In this document: positions 1 through 9,999 of the stretch, in pieces | How positions within the stretch are numbered: the stretch's first letter is position 1 | How the letters are laid out: each line of letters starts with the position of its first letter | Origin: Candidatus Roizmanbacteria bacterium | GTDB lineage: Bacteria > Patescibacteriota > Microgenomatia > UBA1406 | Assembly (NCBI GenBank): GCA_024654535.1 | Contig: JANLHL010000038.1 | Location: 169,581-233,580 of the forward strand | DNA: 64,000 bases | Direction of reading: 5' to 3' | Position numbers and translations under genes: made by a program | The notes under the pieces: model-generated | Told to the model about the DNA's origin: nothing | Database searches by the model: none | What the model saw: only the letters and a program-made list of their open reading frames with translations

Positions 1-753
1 AATCGCGGATATATTCATTCTATAGAAACGCTTGGGACACTCGATGGTCCCGGGTTACGCACGGTAGTTTTTTTTCAGGGCTGTCCATTGCGATGTAAAT
101 TTTGCCATAACGTAGATTGTGTGGCGCCTCGTGGCGGATCGGAGTATACGATAGATGAACTATGTAGGCGAGTGTTAAAAAACAAAGAATATTGGGGTGT
201 TTCAGGTAAAGATGGCGGCGTTACGGTGAGTGGAGGAGACCCTACATATCAGCCAGAATTTTTATTGGCTTTTATACGGCGCCTACACAATCAGAATGTT
301 CATATTGTTATCGATACTTCGCTCATGACTTCGACTAAGGTAATAGAATCCATTTTGCCATACGTCGATTTGTGGATGGTGTCGGTGAAACATATGGAGG
401 AGAAAAAACATGAGTATCTCACCGGCTTTTCTAATAAACACATACTGGCAAATATACGTCATCTTGATACTCTATTAGATAGAAAACCAAAATTGCGTAT
501 ACGCTATCTTGTTATTCCCGGCATAACCGATACTCTTTCTGCATTACAACTTTTCTCTGCATTTGTTTCAAAATTAAAATCAATTGAATCTGTTGAGCTA
601 TTACCGTATGGAACGTATGGCGTTCATAAATGGATAGAAATGTATGGCACATATCCGCTGTCCAAAGTGAATGCTGCAACACAGAATCATGTCAATGCTG
701 TTGCAAAGGCGCTTGCGAATGTACCCTTCCAGCTGCGTACGGGAAATACGTGA
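1..753 (+). CDS. pflA: Glycyl-radical enzyme (pyruvate formate-lyase type) activating enzyme, radical SAM; N-terminus cut by the window edge
   Basis: Frame 1 is open from base 1: NRGYIHSIETLGTLDGPGLRTVVFFQGCPLRCKFCHN (CX3CX2C cluster motif), then VSGGDPTYQPEF. ORF-track entry 88..753 is the same frame counted from an internal TTG. Confidence 0.8.
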   Translation, partial: NRGYIHSIETLGTLDGPGLRTVVFFQGCPLRCKFCHNVDCVAPRGGSEYTIDELCRRVLKNKEYWGVSGKDGGVTVSGGDPTYQPEFLLAFIRRLHNQNVHIVIDTSLMTSTKVIESILPYVDLWMVSVKHMEEKKHEYLTGFSNKHILANIRHLDTLLDRKPKLRIRYLVIPGITDTLSALQLFSAFVSKLKSIESVELLPYGTYGVHKWIEMYGTYPLSKVNAATQNHVNAVAKALANVPFQLRTGNT

Positions 754-764
754 GAATATATAAA

Positions 765-793
765 TTGACAAGTTCAAATAAACTCTGTAGTAT
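765..793 (+). promoter_or_regulatory. Sigma70-type promoter for the 807 gene
   Basis: TTGACA (765-770), 17-nt spacer, TAGTAT (788-793); ATG at 807 lies 13 nt downstream. Confidence 0.5.
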
Positions 794-806
794 AGAGATA
801 CTATAC

Positions 807-1259
807 ATGGCACCTCAAAACTTCTCAGACTATATGGATCGAATAGAAAAAACGATTGAGAGGTATGTAGAGAAGGCCCCATCGTTACCGAACTCCTGGA
901 AAGAATTTCTTGTCACCGTTATGCCCTGGTATATAGGGCTTGTCATCCTCTTGAATCTTCCCATATTTTTTTCTCTGTTTGGTTTAGCTTCTTTAGTATC
1001 ACCCTTTGCCTATATTTTTGGCTCAAAAGTAAGTGGTATTACAGCTGCCTTGATTTTATCAGCAGGAATCTTAGCACTACAAATAATGGCAGAACAAGGT
1101 TTATTTAGTAGAAAGAGAAAATCATGGAAGCTACTATTTTATAGTGCACTACTTGGTATAGTACATGGTATTTTTGTAGGAAGTATGTTTAGCGTACTCG
1201 TTATGAGTGTCATAACACTCTATATTCTATTTCAGATCAAATCGTACTATACTTCGTAA
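807..1259 (+). CDS. Small polytopic membrane protein, function unknown
   Basis: ORF-track 630..1259 overlaps pflA, so I start at internal ATG 807 (MAPQNFSDYMDRIEK...) behind the promoter. The sequence has about 4 hydrophobic helices (WYIGLVILLNLPIFFSLFGLASLV, ITAALILSAGILALQI, LLFYSALLGIVHGIFVGSMFSVLVMSVITLYILF). Confidence 0.5.
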   Translation: MAPQNFSDYMDRIEKTIERYVEKAPSLPNSWKEFLVTVMPWYIGLVILLNLPIFFSLFGLASLVSPFAYIFGSKVSGITAALILSAGILALQIMAEQGLFSRKRKSWKLLFYSALLGIVHGIFVGSMFSVLVMSVITLYILFQIKSYYTS

Positions 1260-1260
1260 G

Positions 1261-2199
1261 ATGAAAAATATACTCATCACCGGAGCCTTTGGATTGGTAG
1301 GGACAGATCTTACTATTGAACTTAAGCGTAGATTTCCAGATGCACACATAGTGAGTATGGCTCATGCGATCTCGACCGATAATGGTACTATTCAAGAAAA
1401 AGGTGACGTTACTGACAGGGCACATCTTAAAGAGATTCTCGAAAAACATGAGATTTCGGAGATGTATCATTTAGCTGGGCTTCTGTCAGTTGGTGGCGAG
1501 AAAGATCCTCCTCGCGCGTGGAACGTAAACGTAGAAGGCTTACGAAATGTGCTTGATCTCGCTGTTCAAAGGAATATGAAAGTATTTTGGCCAAGTTCGA
1601 TAGCTGCATTTGGTTCGACCACTCCAAAAAAAGATACTCCACAGCATACAATTCTTGAACCGACGACTATCTATGGGGTAACAAAAGTGACGGGGGAACT
1701 ACTCTGTCAGTATTATTTTTTACGCTACGGATTGGACGTTCGGAGTTTACGCTATCCCGGGCTTATAGCATATAAGGCACCACCTGGCGATGGTACGACG
1801 GAGTACTCTGTTCATATTTTTTATGGGGCGTTAAAAGAAAATAGATATACCTGTTTTCTCAAGGAAGATTCTCGACTTCCTATGATGTATATAGATGACG
1901 CAGTAAAGGGAACAATAGACCTTATGGAAGCTCAATCAAGCAATCTTACCGTACGGACGAGCTATAATTTTTCTGCAATTAATTTTACACCGAGCGAGCT
2001 AGTGATAGAAATTCAGAAACAAATACCTTCATTCACCTGTACGTATGAACCAGATCATAGACAAAAAATAGCAGATTCATGGCCACAGTCAATAGATGAC
2101 TCATGTGCACGAAATGAATGGGGATGGCAGCATGAATATGATTTGCAGCGGTTGGTTGTGGTCATGCTTGAGAATTTAAAGAAGAAATTGCAGTTATAA
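1261..2199 (+). CDS. tdh: L-threonine 3-dehydrogenase of the UDP-glucose-4-epimerase-like (extended SDR) type
   Basis: It has an N-terminal Rossmann motif (ILITGAFGLVG) and YGVTK (YxxxK). The C-terminal signature RQKIADSWPQSIDDSCARNEWGW is typical of SDR-type TDH. It sits directly upstream of kbl. Confidence 0.8.
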   Translation: MKNILITGAFGLVGTDLTIELKRRFPDAHIVSMAHAISTDNGTIQEKGDVTDRAHLKEILEKHEISEMYHLAGLLSVGGEKDPPRAWNVNVEGLRNVLDLAVQRNMKVFWPSSIAAFGSTTPKKDTPQHTILEPTTIYGVTKVTGELLCQYYFLRYGLDVRSLRYPGLIAYKAPPGDGTTEYSVHIFYGALKENRYTCFLKEDSRLPMMYIDDAVKGTIDLMEAQSSNLTVRTSYNFSAINFTPSELVIEIQKQIPSFTCTYEPDHRQKIADSWPQSIDDSCARNEWGWQHEYDLQRLVVVMLENLKKKLQL

Positions 2200-2213
2200 A
2201 TTTTTATTACTAC

Positions 2214-3467
2214 ATGAGAAAACAATTTTTAGATGTTTTACAAAAGGAAGTAGCCCGTATAGATACTGCAAAGACAGCTAAACGTACTGAAAAAATAATA
2301 GAAGGTTTTACGCGTGAGATTTCTCCAAAGGCACTTATCGATGGTAAGGAAGTGCGTATTTTTAACTCAAATGACTATTTGGGATTACGATTTTCTCCCG
2401 TCTTACATGAAGCTGAAGTGGCTGCGTCTGAAAAGTATGGTACAGGTCCTGGTGCAGTGCGATTTATATCTGGCACACTTAGAATACATCGCGATTTAGA
2501 ACAGTCTATTGCTCAATTTCATAAGCAAGACGAAGCGATGGTATTCTCTTCTGCATTTGCTGCAAATTTGGCAGTGCTGTTTTGTATGCTGAAGGGGCAG
2601 AGTAAGGATTCTTTAGTGAGCGACGATGTACTAGTTGTTTCTGATGCACTCAATCACCGCAGCATAATAGATGGTATTCGATTAGCGGGTTTACAGAGCG
2701 AACAAAAACAAATATTTAAGCATATGGATGCGCAAGACTTGGCAAGAGTACTTAAGGCACATGAAGGGAAATTCAAGCGTGTTGTCGTAGTAACAGATGG
2801 AGTTTTTAGTATGTTGGGAGAATATCAACAGCTGAAGCGTGTACGTGACGTGGTTGATGAATTCGACAAAAAATATCAAGAAGGTGTATCTCTCATTGTT
2901 GATGACTGTCATGGAGTTGCAGCGTGTGGGGAAACTGGCCGTGGTACGAGCGAATTGTTTGATATTGTTCCAGATATTACCGTGGGCACTCTTGGCAAAG
3001 GGTTTGGTGCAGACGGAGGATATGTTGTGGGCAATCACACAGTTATTAATTATTTGCGAGAATCGGCGGCGACGTATATTTATTCAAACTCAATTTCACC
3101 TGGAACAGCAGGGGCTGCTCGAGCAGCAGTTGAACTAGTTGATGGGCCCGAAGGCAAGCGTCTTTTATCAAACCTTTCTGAAAATATCCGATTGTTTAAA
3201 AAAGAAATGAAACAAGCGGGCTTTGTTTTTGCGGCAGACTCAAGCCATCCGATACAACCGATACTCATTGGTGACGCGGCAAAAACTAAGGCGCTCACCG
3301 AAGGATTGTTTGAAGAAGGGATATTAGTAACTAACATAAATTATCCAGTTGTTCCACCGGGACGCGACGAAATACGGGTACAAATAAGTGCAGCTCACCA
3401 AACGAGTGATATTGAGTATTTTGTCGGAAAAGCAACTACCGTTGCGAGAAAATTGGGAATTATTTAA
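2214..3467 (+). CDS. kbl: 2-amino-3-ketobutyrate CoA ligase (glycine C-acetyltransferase), PLP-dependent alpha-oxoamine synthase family
   Basis: Motifs seen: FNSNDYLGL, ALNHRSIIDGIRL, DDCHG and the PLP-lysine region TLGKGFG. The 417-aa length and pairing with tdh fit. Confidence 0.85.
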   Translation: MRKQFLDVLQKEVARIDTAKTAKRTEKIIEGFTREISPKALIDGKEVRIFNSNDYLGLRFSPVLHEAEVAASEKYGTGPGAVRFISGTLRIHRDLEQSIAQFHKQDEAMVFSSAFAANLAVLFCMLKGQSKDSLVSDDVLVVSDALNHRSIIDGIRLAGLQSEQKQIFKHMDAQDLARVLKAHEGKFKRVVVVTDGVFSMLGEYQQLKRVRDVVDEFDKKYQEGVSLIVDDCHGVAACGETGRGTSELFDIVPDITVGTLGKGFGADGGYVVGNHTVINYLRESAATYIYSNSISPGTAGAARAAVELVDGPEGKRLLSNLSENIRLFKKEMKQAGFVFAADSSHPIQPILIGDAAKTKALTEGLFEEGILVTNINYPVVPPGRDEIRVQISAAHQTSDIEYFVGKATTVARKLGII

Positions 3468-3481
3468 GGGCAAGTTGCTAC

Positions 3482-3509
3482 TTGACACTAATTTAAATTC
3501 CGTTACACT
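3482..3509 (+). promoter_or_regulatory. Sigma70-type promoter for the 3520 gene
   Basis: TTGACA (3482-3487), 16-nt spacer, TACACT (3504-3509); ATG at 3520 lies 10 nt downstream. Confidence 0.5.
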
Positions 3510-3519
3510 TAAGACTCTT

Positions 3520-3951
3520 ATGGACGACAATACACAAAATAATCAACCAGATACAGAAGCGCCAGTCGCTGCTCAACAGGCGCTCAAAATAGATGAGCTT
3601 GTACTTAAATATGTGCGAGAGGTAGAAGAAATAAAGGGAAAGCTGAGAGAAGAAACCAGTATGTTCAAAGACACCTTTGCAAATGACGAAGAATATAAAA
3701 AACTGCAAGACGAGATTCAAGTAATAACCAAAAAAAGAAAACTTGTCGAGGAAAAATTATCAAAAATTCCATCAGTTGCAGATACGAAAGCAAAAATCCA
3801 GTCACTAAAAGAAGATATGCGAAGTGCGCAAGATATGTTGAGTGCGTACCTTGAACAATATGTACAAACGTATAATCAACGTACTATAGAAGACGAAAAT
3901 GGCGCTGTACAGGAAATTATCCCAAGCTATAAACTCGTAAAGCAAAAATAA
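3520..3951 (+). CDS. Hypothetical coiled-coil protein (143 aa)
   Basis: ORF-track 3388..3951 overlaps the kbl 3' end, so I use internal ATG 3520 behind the promoter. The sequence is K/E/Q-rich with heptad-like stretches (EEIKGKLREETSMFKD, KLQDEIQVITKKRKLVEEKL). I recognised no family. Confidence 0.5.
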   Translation: MDDNTQNNQPDTEAPVAAQQALKIDELVLKYVREVEEIKGKLREETSMFKDTFANDEEYKKLQDEIQVITKKRKLVEEKLSKIPSVADTKAKIQSLKEDMRSAQDMLSAYLEQYVQTYNQRTIEDENGAVQEIIPSYKLVKQK

Positions 3952-3966
3952 TTTCAGAATTTTTTT

Positions 3967-5022
3967 CTATTCAGTAGTATACATCGTAAGATTCGCTCGC
4001 GGTATTCTTTCAACATTTTGTATTGCGTGTTTATCGTTTAGCATAATGCCTTTTTTGTATTTATACCACGCAACCACACCTATCATTGCTGCGTTATCAC
4101 CTGACAAATATGGATAGGCAACGGTGAGTGGTTTTCTGTGGTATGTGCGAACAAGTGATCGAAATTGTTGGCGCAGAGTCTTATTCGCAGAGACACCACC
4201 TCCGAGTATCACAAGTGGTATGTCTGCTCTTGTTTTTAGCGCTCGTTCAAGTTTTAAAAGAAGTGATTGAACAACTGCATTTTGAAAGCTTGCTGCGAGG
4301 TCGTGTATGTGTAGAACTCTTTCTTTTTCATTCATACTATAGACGACATGTTTGAATGCTGTTTTTAGTCCAGAATATGAGAAGTTAAGCCCGGGTAATT
4401 TTTTCATTGGGACGGGTAGTGCATATGCTTTTGGGTTACCATTTTCCGCAAGTCGTTCTATTGCTGGACCTGCTGGATAACCTAAACCCAACATCCTTCC
4501 TGCTTTATCGAGTGCTTCTCCTGCAGCATCATCGAGAGTACTTCCCAGTATTTGATACTGAATATGGCTTGTTACTATGACCAACTGTGTATGACCACCT
4601 GATACGACAAGTGCTAAAAAAGGGAAAAGAAACTCTCTTTTTGGATTGCCATTCTTGTTTTGTACGAAAGGGGAGTACATATGACCTTCTATATGGTCGA
4701 CTGGTATGAGTGGCTTTTTATACAGTAATGCGAGCAATTTTGCCGTTGAGACACCAACTTCAAGTGCAGGTGGAAGTCCGGGACCGATGGTAACAGCTAT
4801 AGCTTTAATGTCGGTAAAGCGCATCTGTGCTTTTTTCATAGCAAGCTCAATAGCAGGAGTTATTTTACTGTAATGTTCACGCTTTGCCAACGATGGGAAT
4901 ACTCCGCCATATGGTTTGTGTAAAGAAATCTGCGAAAATATAACGGTACTGAGAACTCGTTGTTTATTTGTTATAGCAACACTAGTTTCATCTGCACTCG
5001 TATCTATAGATAAAATATTCAT
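3967..5022 (-). CDS. tsaD: tRNA N6-adenosine threonylcarbamoyltransferase TsaD (Kae1/Qri7/Gcp family)
   Basis: Motifs seen: ILSIDTSADET, the HIEGH metal motif, LVVSGGHT, GYPAGPAIE and GGVSAN. Confidence 0.9.
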   Translation of the reverse strand: MNILSIDTSADETSVAITNKQRVLSTVIFSQISLHKPYGGVFPSLAKREHYSKITPAIELAMKKAQMRFTDIKAIAVTIGPGLPPALEVGVSTAKLLALLYKKPLIPVDHIEGHMYSPFVQNKNGNPKREFLFPFLALVVSGGHTQLVIVTSHIQYQILGSTLDDAAGEALDKAGRMLGLGYPAGPAIERLAENGNPKAYALPVPMKKLPGLNFSYSGLKTAFKHVVYSMNEKERVLHIHDLAASFQNAVVQSLLLKLERALKTRADIPLVILGGGVSANKTLRQQFRSLVRTYHRKPLTVAYPYLSGDNAAMIGVVAWYKYKKGIMLNDKHAIQNVERIPRANLTMYTTE

Positions 5023-5025
5023 TTT

Positions 5026-6102
5026 TTATTGTACTTCAAAGATATCTAATTGTCGTTCATCTTTGCCCATATCGGTAAACGCTATGAGTATTGTTTTTGT
5101 TGTTTTTTCAACCAAAGGTATAAGTGAACCCAATCGTTCTCCCCATTCAACAAGCGTTATACTATTTTGCGTTATAGTATTGGGGATACTGAGCGCCTGC
5201 AGTTCTTCTTCTGTTCTAATATTGTACAAATCGAAGTGATAAAACTTTTTATAGTAAGGGTTGGGAGTGTCATATTCGTGACATACTACATAGGTGGGCG
5301 AAGCTACAACTTCCGTAAGTCCAAGGAATGCTCCTACCCCTTTCGCAAAGATAGTTTTTCCCGTACCTAAGTCCCCTTTTAGAATAAAAAGTAGCGGTTT
5401 ATTCTCTGCATATTGTTGATATTTACTGACCAATGTATGCGCCATTTTCATAGTTTCTGAAACGCTTTTACTTTGGAATGTGCTGTGCTTTTTGAGTGCG
5501 AGCGTACCAGACCGGAGTATTTTAAGCGTATCTTTTGCCATATGTAATACAGTTGAAGGCTCGTTATGGGGTAATGTTCCTGCATCAATTATAAGTGACA
5601 GTTGATTTCGTTTTATATGTGATAGAGTGTTCAAAAATGCGTTTATAGAATAGTGTGGTCCTTTACCGCTCATATTTGCACTTGTTGCAGTGATTGGGAA
5701 TGGAAGTTTTGTCGTAATATCGTGCACAAGTTTATTGTCGGGAATACGAATACCTATCGTATTGTCTTCAGCTTCTAGCCGATTGTCAACCATGTGAAGT
5801 GATGAGAGTACAAGAGTAAAGGGCCCTGGGAGTAATGTTTCAATAAGTTGGCGTTGGTTATCGTCTATAGCGGCATAGGTACTGAGCTTTTCCAAAGAGG
5901 CTATCGCAATAGATATTGCCTTACCTTTTGGCCGGTCTTTAAATGCTAGAAGCTTATCAACAGCTTTTTTTGATACCGCGTTCACAGCGAGACCATATAC
6001 AGTATCTGAGGGAAAAACGACAAGTTCATCACGTGTCAGTGCATCATACATTTTTTGCAAAACTTCTTTTCGATTTTTTTCTGTGAGCTTCACTATTTCC
6101 AT
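5026..6102 (-). CDS. tsaC-tsaE: Fusion protein: N-terminal TsaC/Sua5 (YrdC domain, aa 1-~203) plus C-terminal TsaE (YjeE P-loop ATPase, aa ~212-358)
   Basis: The YrdC motifs are PSDTVYGLA, FKDRPKGKA, LPGPFTLVL, IGIRIP, TSANMSGKG and PSTVL. The TsaE motifs are LKGDLGTGKT (5353-5376), ASPTYVV, YHFDLYN and LVEWGERL. It is one uninterrupted ORF ending 3 nt before the tsaD start. Confidence 0.8.
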   Translation of the reverse strand: MEIVKLTEKNRKEVLQKMYDALTRDELVVFPSDTVYGLAVNAVSKKAVDKLLAFKDRPKGKAISIAIASLEKLSTYAAIDDNQRQLIETLLPGPFTLVLSSLHMVDNRLEAEDNTIGIRIPDNKLVHDITTKLPFPITATSANMSGKGPHYSINAFLNTLSHIKRNQLSLIIDAGTLPHNEPSTVLHMAKDTLKILRSGTLALKKHSTFQSKSVSETMKMAHTLVSKYQQYAENKPLLFILKGDLGTGKTIFAKGVGAFLGLTEVVASPTYVVCHEYDTPNPYYKKFYHFDLYNIRTEEELQALSIPNTITQNSITLVEWGERLGSLIPLVEKTTKTILIAFTDMGKDERQLDIFEVQ

Positions 6103-6145
6103 CTGTCTATTATACCGCTCAAATCTACCTATTTACTTGCTAATT

Positions 6146-7669
6146 TCAACGATACTGTAATGAACTAAACACACTTTCCACAGGTATCTTTCTTTCTAAC
6201 TCAGATAGCTTAAATAATTCAACTGCGTATCCACCCGGATACACCTTTCTTTGTATAGGCACGTGTTCTATATGCAATATATTTTTGGTCCACCAACGGT
6301 TGTCCATAAGTGTTCTGTCGGGATAAGGTCCAATAATAATATATGTATATTTTTTTTTGATAAACGCCGAAGAATTTTTATCAAGATGTAGTTGTTGTTC
6401 GTAGAGCATTGTATACATAGGGATATAATTACTGATTTGATCGTCAGTGTTGATAAAATATCCAAACTGTTTTGCCGAATCCTGATAAATAGACTCTGCA
6501 TATTTTTTTTGAACTGCCCAGCGAGACAACTGAATACCATTACTCTGTACATAGTTGATTCCAGATATGAGATTGAAAATTATTCCAATAAACACAATTG
6601 TATAAAGTACTGAGCTTCTGTTTGCTATCTGTGCGATAAGTATTGCGCTCACTCCTGAGAATGCCCAGTAATAGTACCAATGTATGGCATTTCCAGATAA
6701 TATGAGCGCCACCCAAAAGACACTATAGAGGAAAAGGAATGTGCTGATAATGTTCAATGTTTTCTTATTTTTTTCTTTACGTGCCAATATATATAATATA
6801 ATTATTACTATAAATGAAAATATGTTCATTATTTTAGAGATAATGAAGAACATATCCTGAGGCGTTGCAATAAATAACCTATTTCCTTGCAGCATGGTGT
6901 ATAGATTATTCAGAACTGAAGAGAAATTGTTTGCATTTTTTTGATTTTCACTCAATGTGTGTATTAATGTTTGTATTTGCAAACCATTGTGTCTGACATC
7001 AAACATAATGAAGGTTGATATGGCAAGTAATAATAAAGGAAAGGTGAAAAGGTGGTTTATTTTCTTCGTTTTGAAAATTACTCGACAAACCAGTAAAAGG
7101 CTTGCGAGCATAATCGGTACTCCGAATACCATTTCGCTCTGTATCAAAATCCCTCCTATCCCCATAATCCCAACTAAATATATAAGGCGGGTAGTCCATA
7201 TATATGCAAGTAGTAAATAAAAATAGATTGGAAATAAAATAACTGCAACAAATGGATTAGTCGGAGAGTTTATAAAAAAGAGTATATGGGATGTAAGTAT
7301 AAACATACTTAGCAAACCTGTTTTTTCGTCAAAAAGTTTTTTACCTACATACCATAGACTTCCCAAGAATATCAAAAAAAGTAAAAGCCAAAAAAATGTA
7401 CTATATGCTGGATTACCATGACTAAAAATAAATACTGGTAGATTCAAGTATAGCCAAAAAGGTCCATGATATACTCCGTTAATCGCTGTCCTTGCTCCAA
7501 TAAGTGTTAAGTGATGATTTTTGACGATATCATTCATAAGTAAAAAATCTCGTGCTACGTCAATGTCAAAAATTACACCCGTTTTTATGGAATAGGATAT
7601 GACGACGAATAATAGTATTAAAAAAAAGATTTTTAATAGTAAAGATGGTTTTGTTTGTTTCTCTTTCAT
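6146..7669 (-). CDS. Large polytopic membrane protein, probable GT-C-type (ArnT/PMT-like) glycosyltransferase
   Basis: The 507-aa protein has about 12 hydrophobic segments, an acidic first loop (FDIDVARDF) and a soluble C-terminal domain. The assignment rests on architecture only. Confidence 0.4.
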   Translation of the reverse strand: MKEKQTKPSLLLKIFFLILLFVVISYSIKTGVIFDIDVARDFLLMNDIVKNHHLTLIGARTAINGVYHGPFWLYLNLPVFIFSHGNPAYSTFFWLLLFLIFLGSLWYVGKKLFDEKTGLLSMFILTSHILFFINSPTNPFVAVILFPIYFYLLLAYIWTTRLIYLVGIMGIGGILIQSEMVFGVPIMLASLLLVCRVIFKTKKINHLFTFPLLLLAISTFIMFDVRHNGLQIQTLIHTLSENQKNANNFSSVLNNLYTMLQGNRLFIATPQDMFFIISKIMNIFSFIVIIILYILARKEKNKKTLNIISTFLFLYSVFWVALILSGNAIHWYYYWAFSGVSAILIAQIANRSSVLYTIVFIGIIFNLISGINYVQSNGIQLSRWAVQKKYAESIYQDSAKQFGYFINTDDQISNYIPMYTMLYEQQLHLDKNSSAFIKKKYTYIIIGPYPDRTLMDNRWWTKNILHIEHVPIQRKVYPGGYAVELFKLSELERKIPVESVFSSLQYR

Positions 7670-7767
7670 AGTTGTAGTATAGGTGATTTTTTAACAAATA
7701 ATTATATATAAGTAATTTGATTAAAATAGTAATTTAGAGCGGGAACGCTTATTGTATAATACACACT

Positions 7768-9999
7768 ATGGATAAACAGTATGTACCGAAAGAGCATGAA
7801 GAGCGTCTATATGCTTTTTGGGAAAAAAATGGATTTACGCAAGCACCAACAAAGGGAAAACCGTACACAATCCTTATGCCCCCACCGAACGCAAATGCGT
7901 CACTTCACGCAGGGCATGGTATGTATGTGATCGATGATATTTTAACTCGTTATAAGCGTTTGCAAGGATTTAGTTCTGTGTGGATACCTGGTATGGATCA
8001 TGCTGGATTTGAAACACAGTATGTGTACGAAAAACACTTGGCCAAACAAAAAAAATCGCGAATGGATTTTGATAGAAAAACCTTGTACGATAACATTCAC
8101 ACATTTGTACAGGAAAATTCAGGGTTGATATACCAACAATTTAAAAAGCTTGGATTTTTAGCAGATTGGGAAAGGAGTGTCTTTACTCTTGATGATCACG
8201 TACTCGCTCGTGTATTTGAAACGTTTACGCGTATGGAAAAAGAGAACTTAGTCTATCGCGATGATTATATTGTGAACTATTGTACACACTGCGGAACTTC
8301 GCTCGCTGAGTTAGAAGTAAAACACGTAGACCGTATAGATCCGTTATATTATGTGCGCTACCTGTATCCTGACAAGAAGGAATATATTGTGGTAGCCACG
8401 GTACGACCTGAAACTATCTTTGTCGATACCCATTTGGCGGTGAACCCAAAAGATAAAAAGAATAAACACCTTATCGGTAAAAAAGTGCTTAACCCACTTA
8501 CTAACAAACAAATGGTGATACTTGCAGATTCGTTTGTTGATCCGGAATTTGGCACCGGAATAGTTAAGCTTACCCCAGCACATGATGTCAACGATTTTAA
8601 TGCAGCTAAAACGCACGCATTACCAATCATAAAGGCATTTGATCTACGAGGAAAGGCAACAGAATGTTCCGGTAAGTATGCTGGTATGAAAGTAAGACCT
8701 GCTCGGGAGGCAATAGCAAAAGACTTAATGGCACAGGGGATTATAGAGAAGGTAAACGCAGAATATTCACACGCTGTTTCCGTGTGTTATAAATGTGCTC
8801 GCGATCTTGAGCCGACAGTTATTCCCAATTGGTTTATACGAGTGAAAGATCTTAAACAGAAAGCTGCCCAAGCAGTAAAAGAAAATAAAGTTGAATTTTT
8901 TCCGAAAAAATATAAAAAACAGATACTTGCATGGTATGCAAAAATGCACGATTGGCCAATAAGTCGGCAAATTGCATGGGGTATTCGTATTCCCGTGTGG
9001 TATAGAGTAGAGAAAGACGCGGATAATATATTTGTGACATGGCTTGACGATCAAAAGCGCTTTATGCAGGGCACTGTTGATTCATTTCTGAAAAAGGGAA
9101 TTACTATTGAAACTATAGAAAAAGGTTTGCAAACGGTGAATGCAGAAATTGGGGAAAGAGCACCAACGTATGTAGTCTCGAGTGATAAACCGCACGATGG
9201 ACACGAATATTTGCCGGAGACAGATACTCTTGATACGTGGTTTTCTTCGGGACAGTGGCCATTGGTAACGCTTGAAGAGAGTGAATATGCGACTCGTTTT
9301 CCAACTAATATGCTGGGAACATTGTCTGACATACTCCCCTTTTGGGTATCCCGAATGATAATGTTTAGCTTATATATACGTGGAACAGTCCCGTTTCATC
9401 ATGTCTATTTATGGTCAATGGTTGCAGACGCAAAAGGGATGAAGATGAGCAAAAGCAAAGGGAATGTAGTGAATCCTATAGAGCTTGTAGATAAGTATGG
9501 CGCAGATGCGTTTCGCGCGTCACTCTTATTTGGTGTTTCTCAGGGAGGAAAGGTAATTTTGGCTGAAGATAAGGTACGTGCTATGCGTAATTTTGCAAAT
9601 AAGATATGGAATATGGGGAGGTTTATATCTCTATCTAAAAGTGAAAAAGTAAAAATGAAAAGTGAAAAATTGAATAGTAAGGATCAGAAAATTGTTGGGA
9701 AACTTAGGAAAGAAATAGAAAATCTTCGCATAAAATATCATAAATATATGGACGAATATAAACTTTCCCGCGCATTTGACGAGTTGTATGAATTTGCGTG
9801 GCATAGGCTAGCCGATGTCTATATAGAAGCATTGAAAGAGAGCCTAAAAAATGGTACTATAGAGGCACAAACGGAACTTGAAGTGGCGTATAGGGATACC
9901 CTTAAGATGCTTCACCCGTTCATACCATTTGTGACAGAGGCTGTGTATCAAGAGTTTTATGGAAAAAATACATCAATTATTAGTTCAAAAAACATATGA
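7768..9999 (+). CDS. valS: Valyl-tRNA synthetase, short form lacking the C-terminal coiled-coil region
   Basis: Motifs seen: [14 protein letters not shown] (HIGH region), the CP1 editing motifs TVRPETIF and [19 protein letters not shown], and KMSKSKGN. The protein ends shortly after [10 protein letters not shown]. Confidence 0.9.
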   Translation: MDKQYVPKEHEERLYAFWEKNGFTQAPTKGKPYTILMPPPNANASLHAGHGMYVIDDILTRYKRLQGFSSVWIPGMDHAGFETQYVYEKHLAKQKKSRMDFDRKTLYDNIHTFVQENSGLIYQQFKKLGFLADWERSVFTLDDHVLARVFETFTRMEKENLVYRDDYIVNYCTHCGTSLAELEVKHVDRIDPLYYVRYLYPDKKEYIVVATVRPETIFVDTHLAVNPKDKKNKHLIGKKVLNPLTNKQMVILADSFVDPEFGTGIVKLTPAHDVNDFNAAKTHALPIIKAFDLRGKATECSGKYAGMKVRPAREAIAKDLMAQGIIEKVNAEYSHAVSVCYKCARDLEPTVIPNWFIRVKDLKQKAAQAVKENKVEFFPKKYKKQILAWYAKMHDWPISRQIAWGIRIPVWYRVEKDADNIFVTWLDDQKRFMQGTVDSFLKKGITIETIEKGLQTVNAEIGERAPTYVVSSDKPHDGHEYLPETDTLDTWFSSGQWPLVTLEESEYATRFPTNMLGTLSDILPFWVSRMIMFSLYIRGTVPFHHVYLWSMVADAKGMKMSKSKGNVVNPIELVDKYGADAFRASLLFGVSQGGKVILAEDKVRAMRNFANKIWNMGRFISLSKSEKVKMKSEKLNSKDQKIVGKLRKEIENLRIKYHKYMDEYKLSRAFDELYEFAWHRLADVYIEALKESLKNGTIEAQTELEVAYRDTLKMLHPFIPFVTEAVYQEFYGKNTSIISSKNI

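Noticed and set aside
9650-9671. A 22-nt exact repeat, taaaaatgaaaagtgaaaaatt, is shared between the valS 3' region (9650-9671) and the sufD start (42111-42132). It encodes KMKSEK in both.
   Set aside because: The sequence is low-complexity and A-rich in an AT-rich genome. There are no flanking inverted repeats, target duplications or further homology on either side. Chance, or convergent K/E-rich coding, is the simpler explanation.
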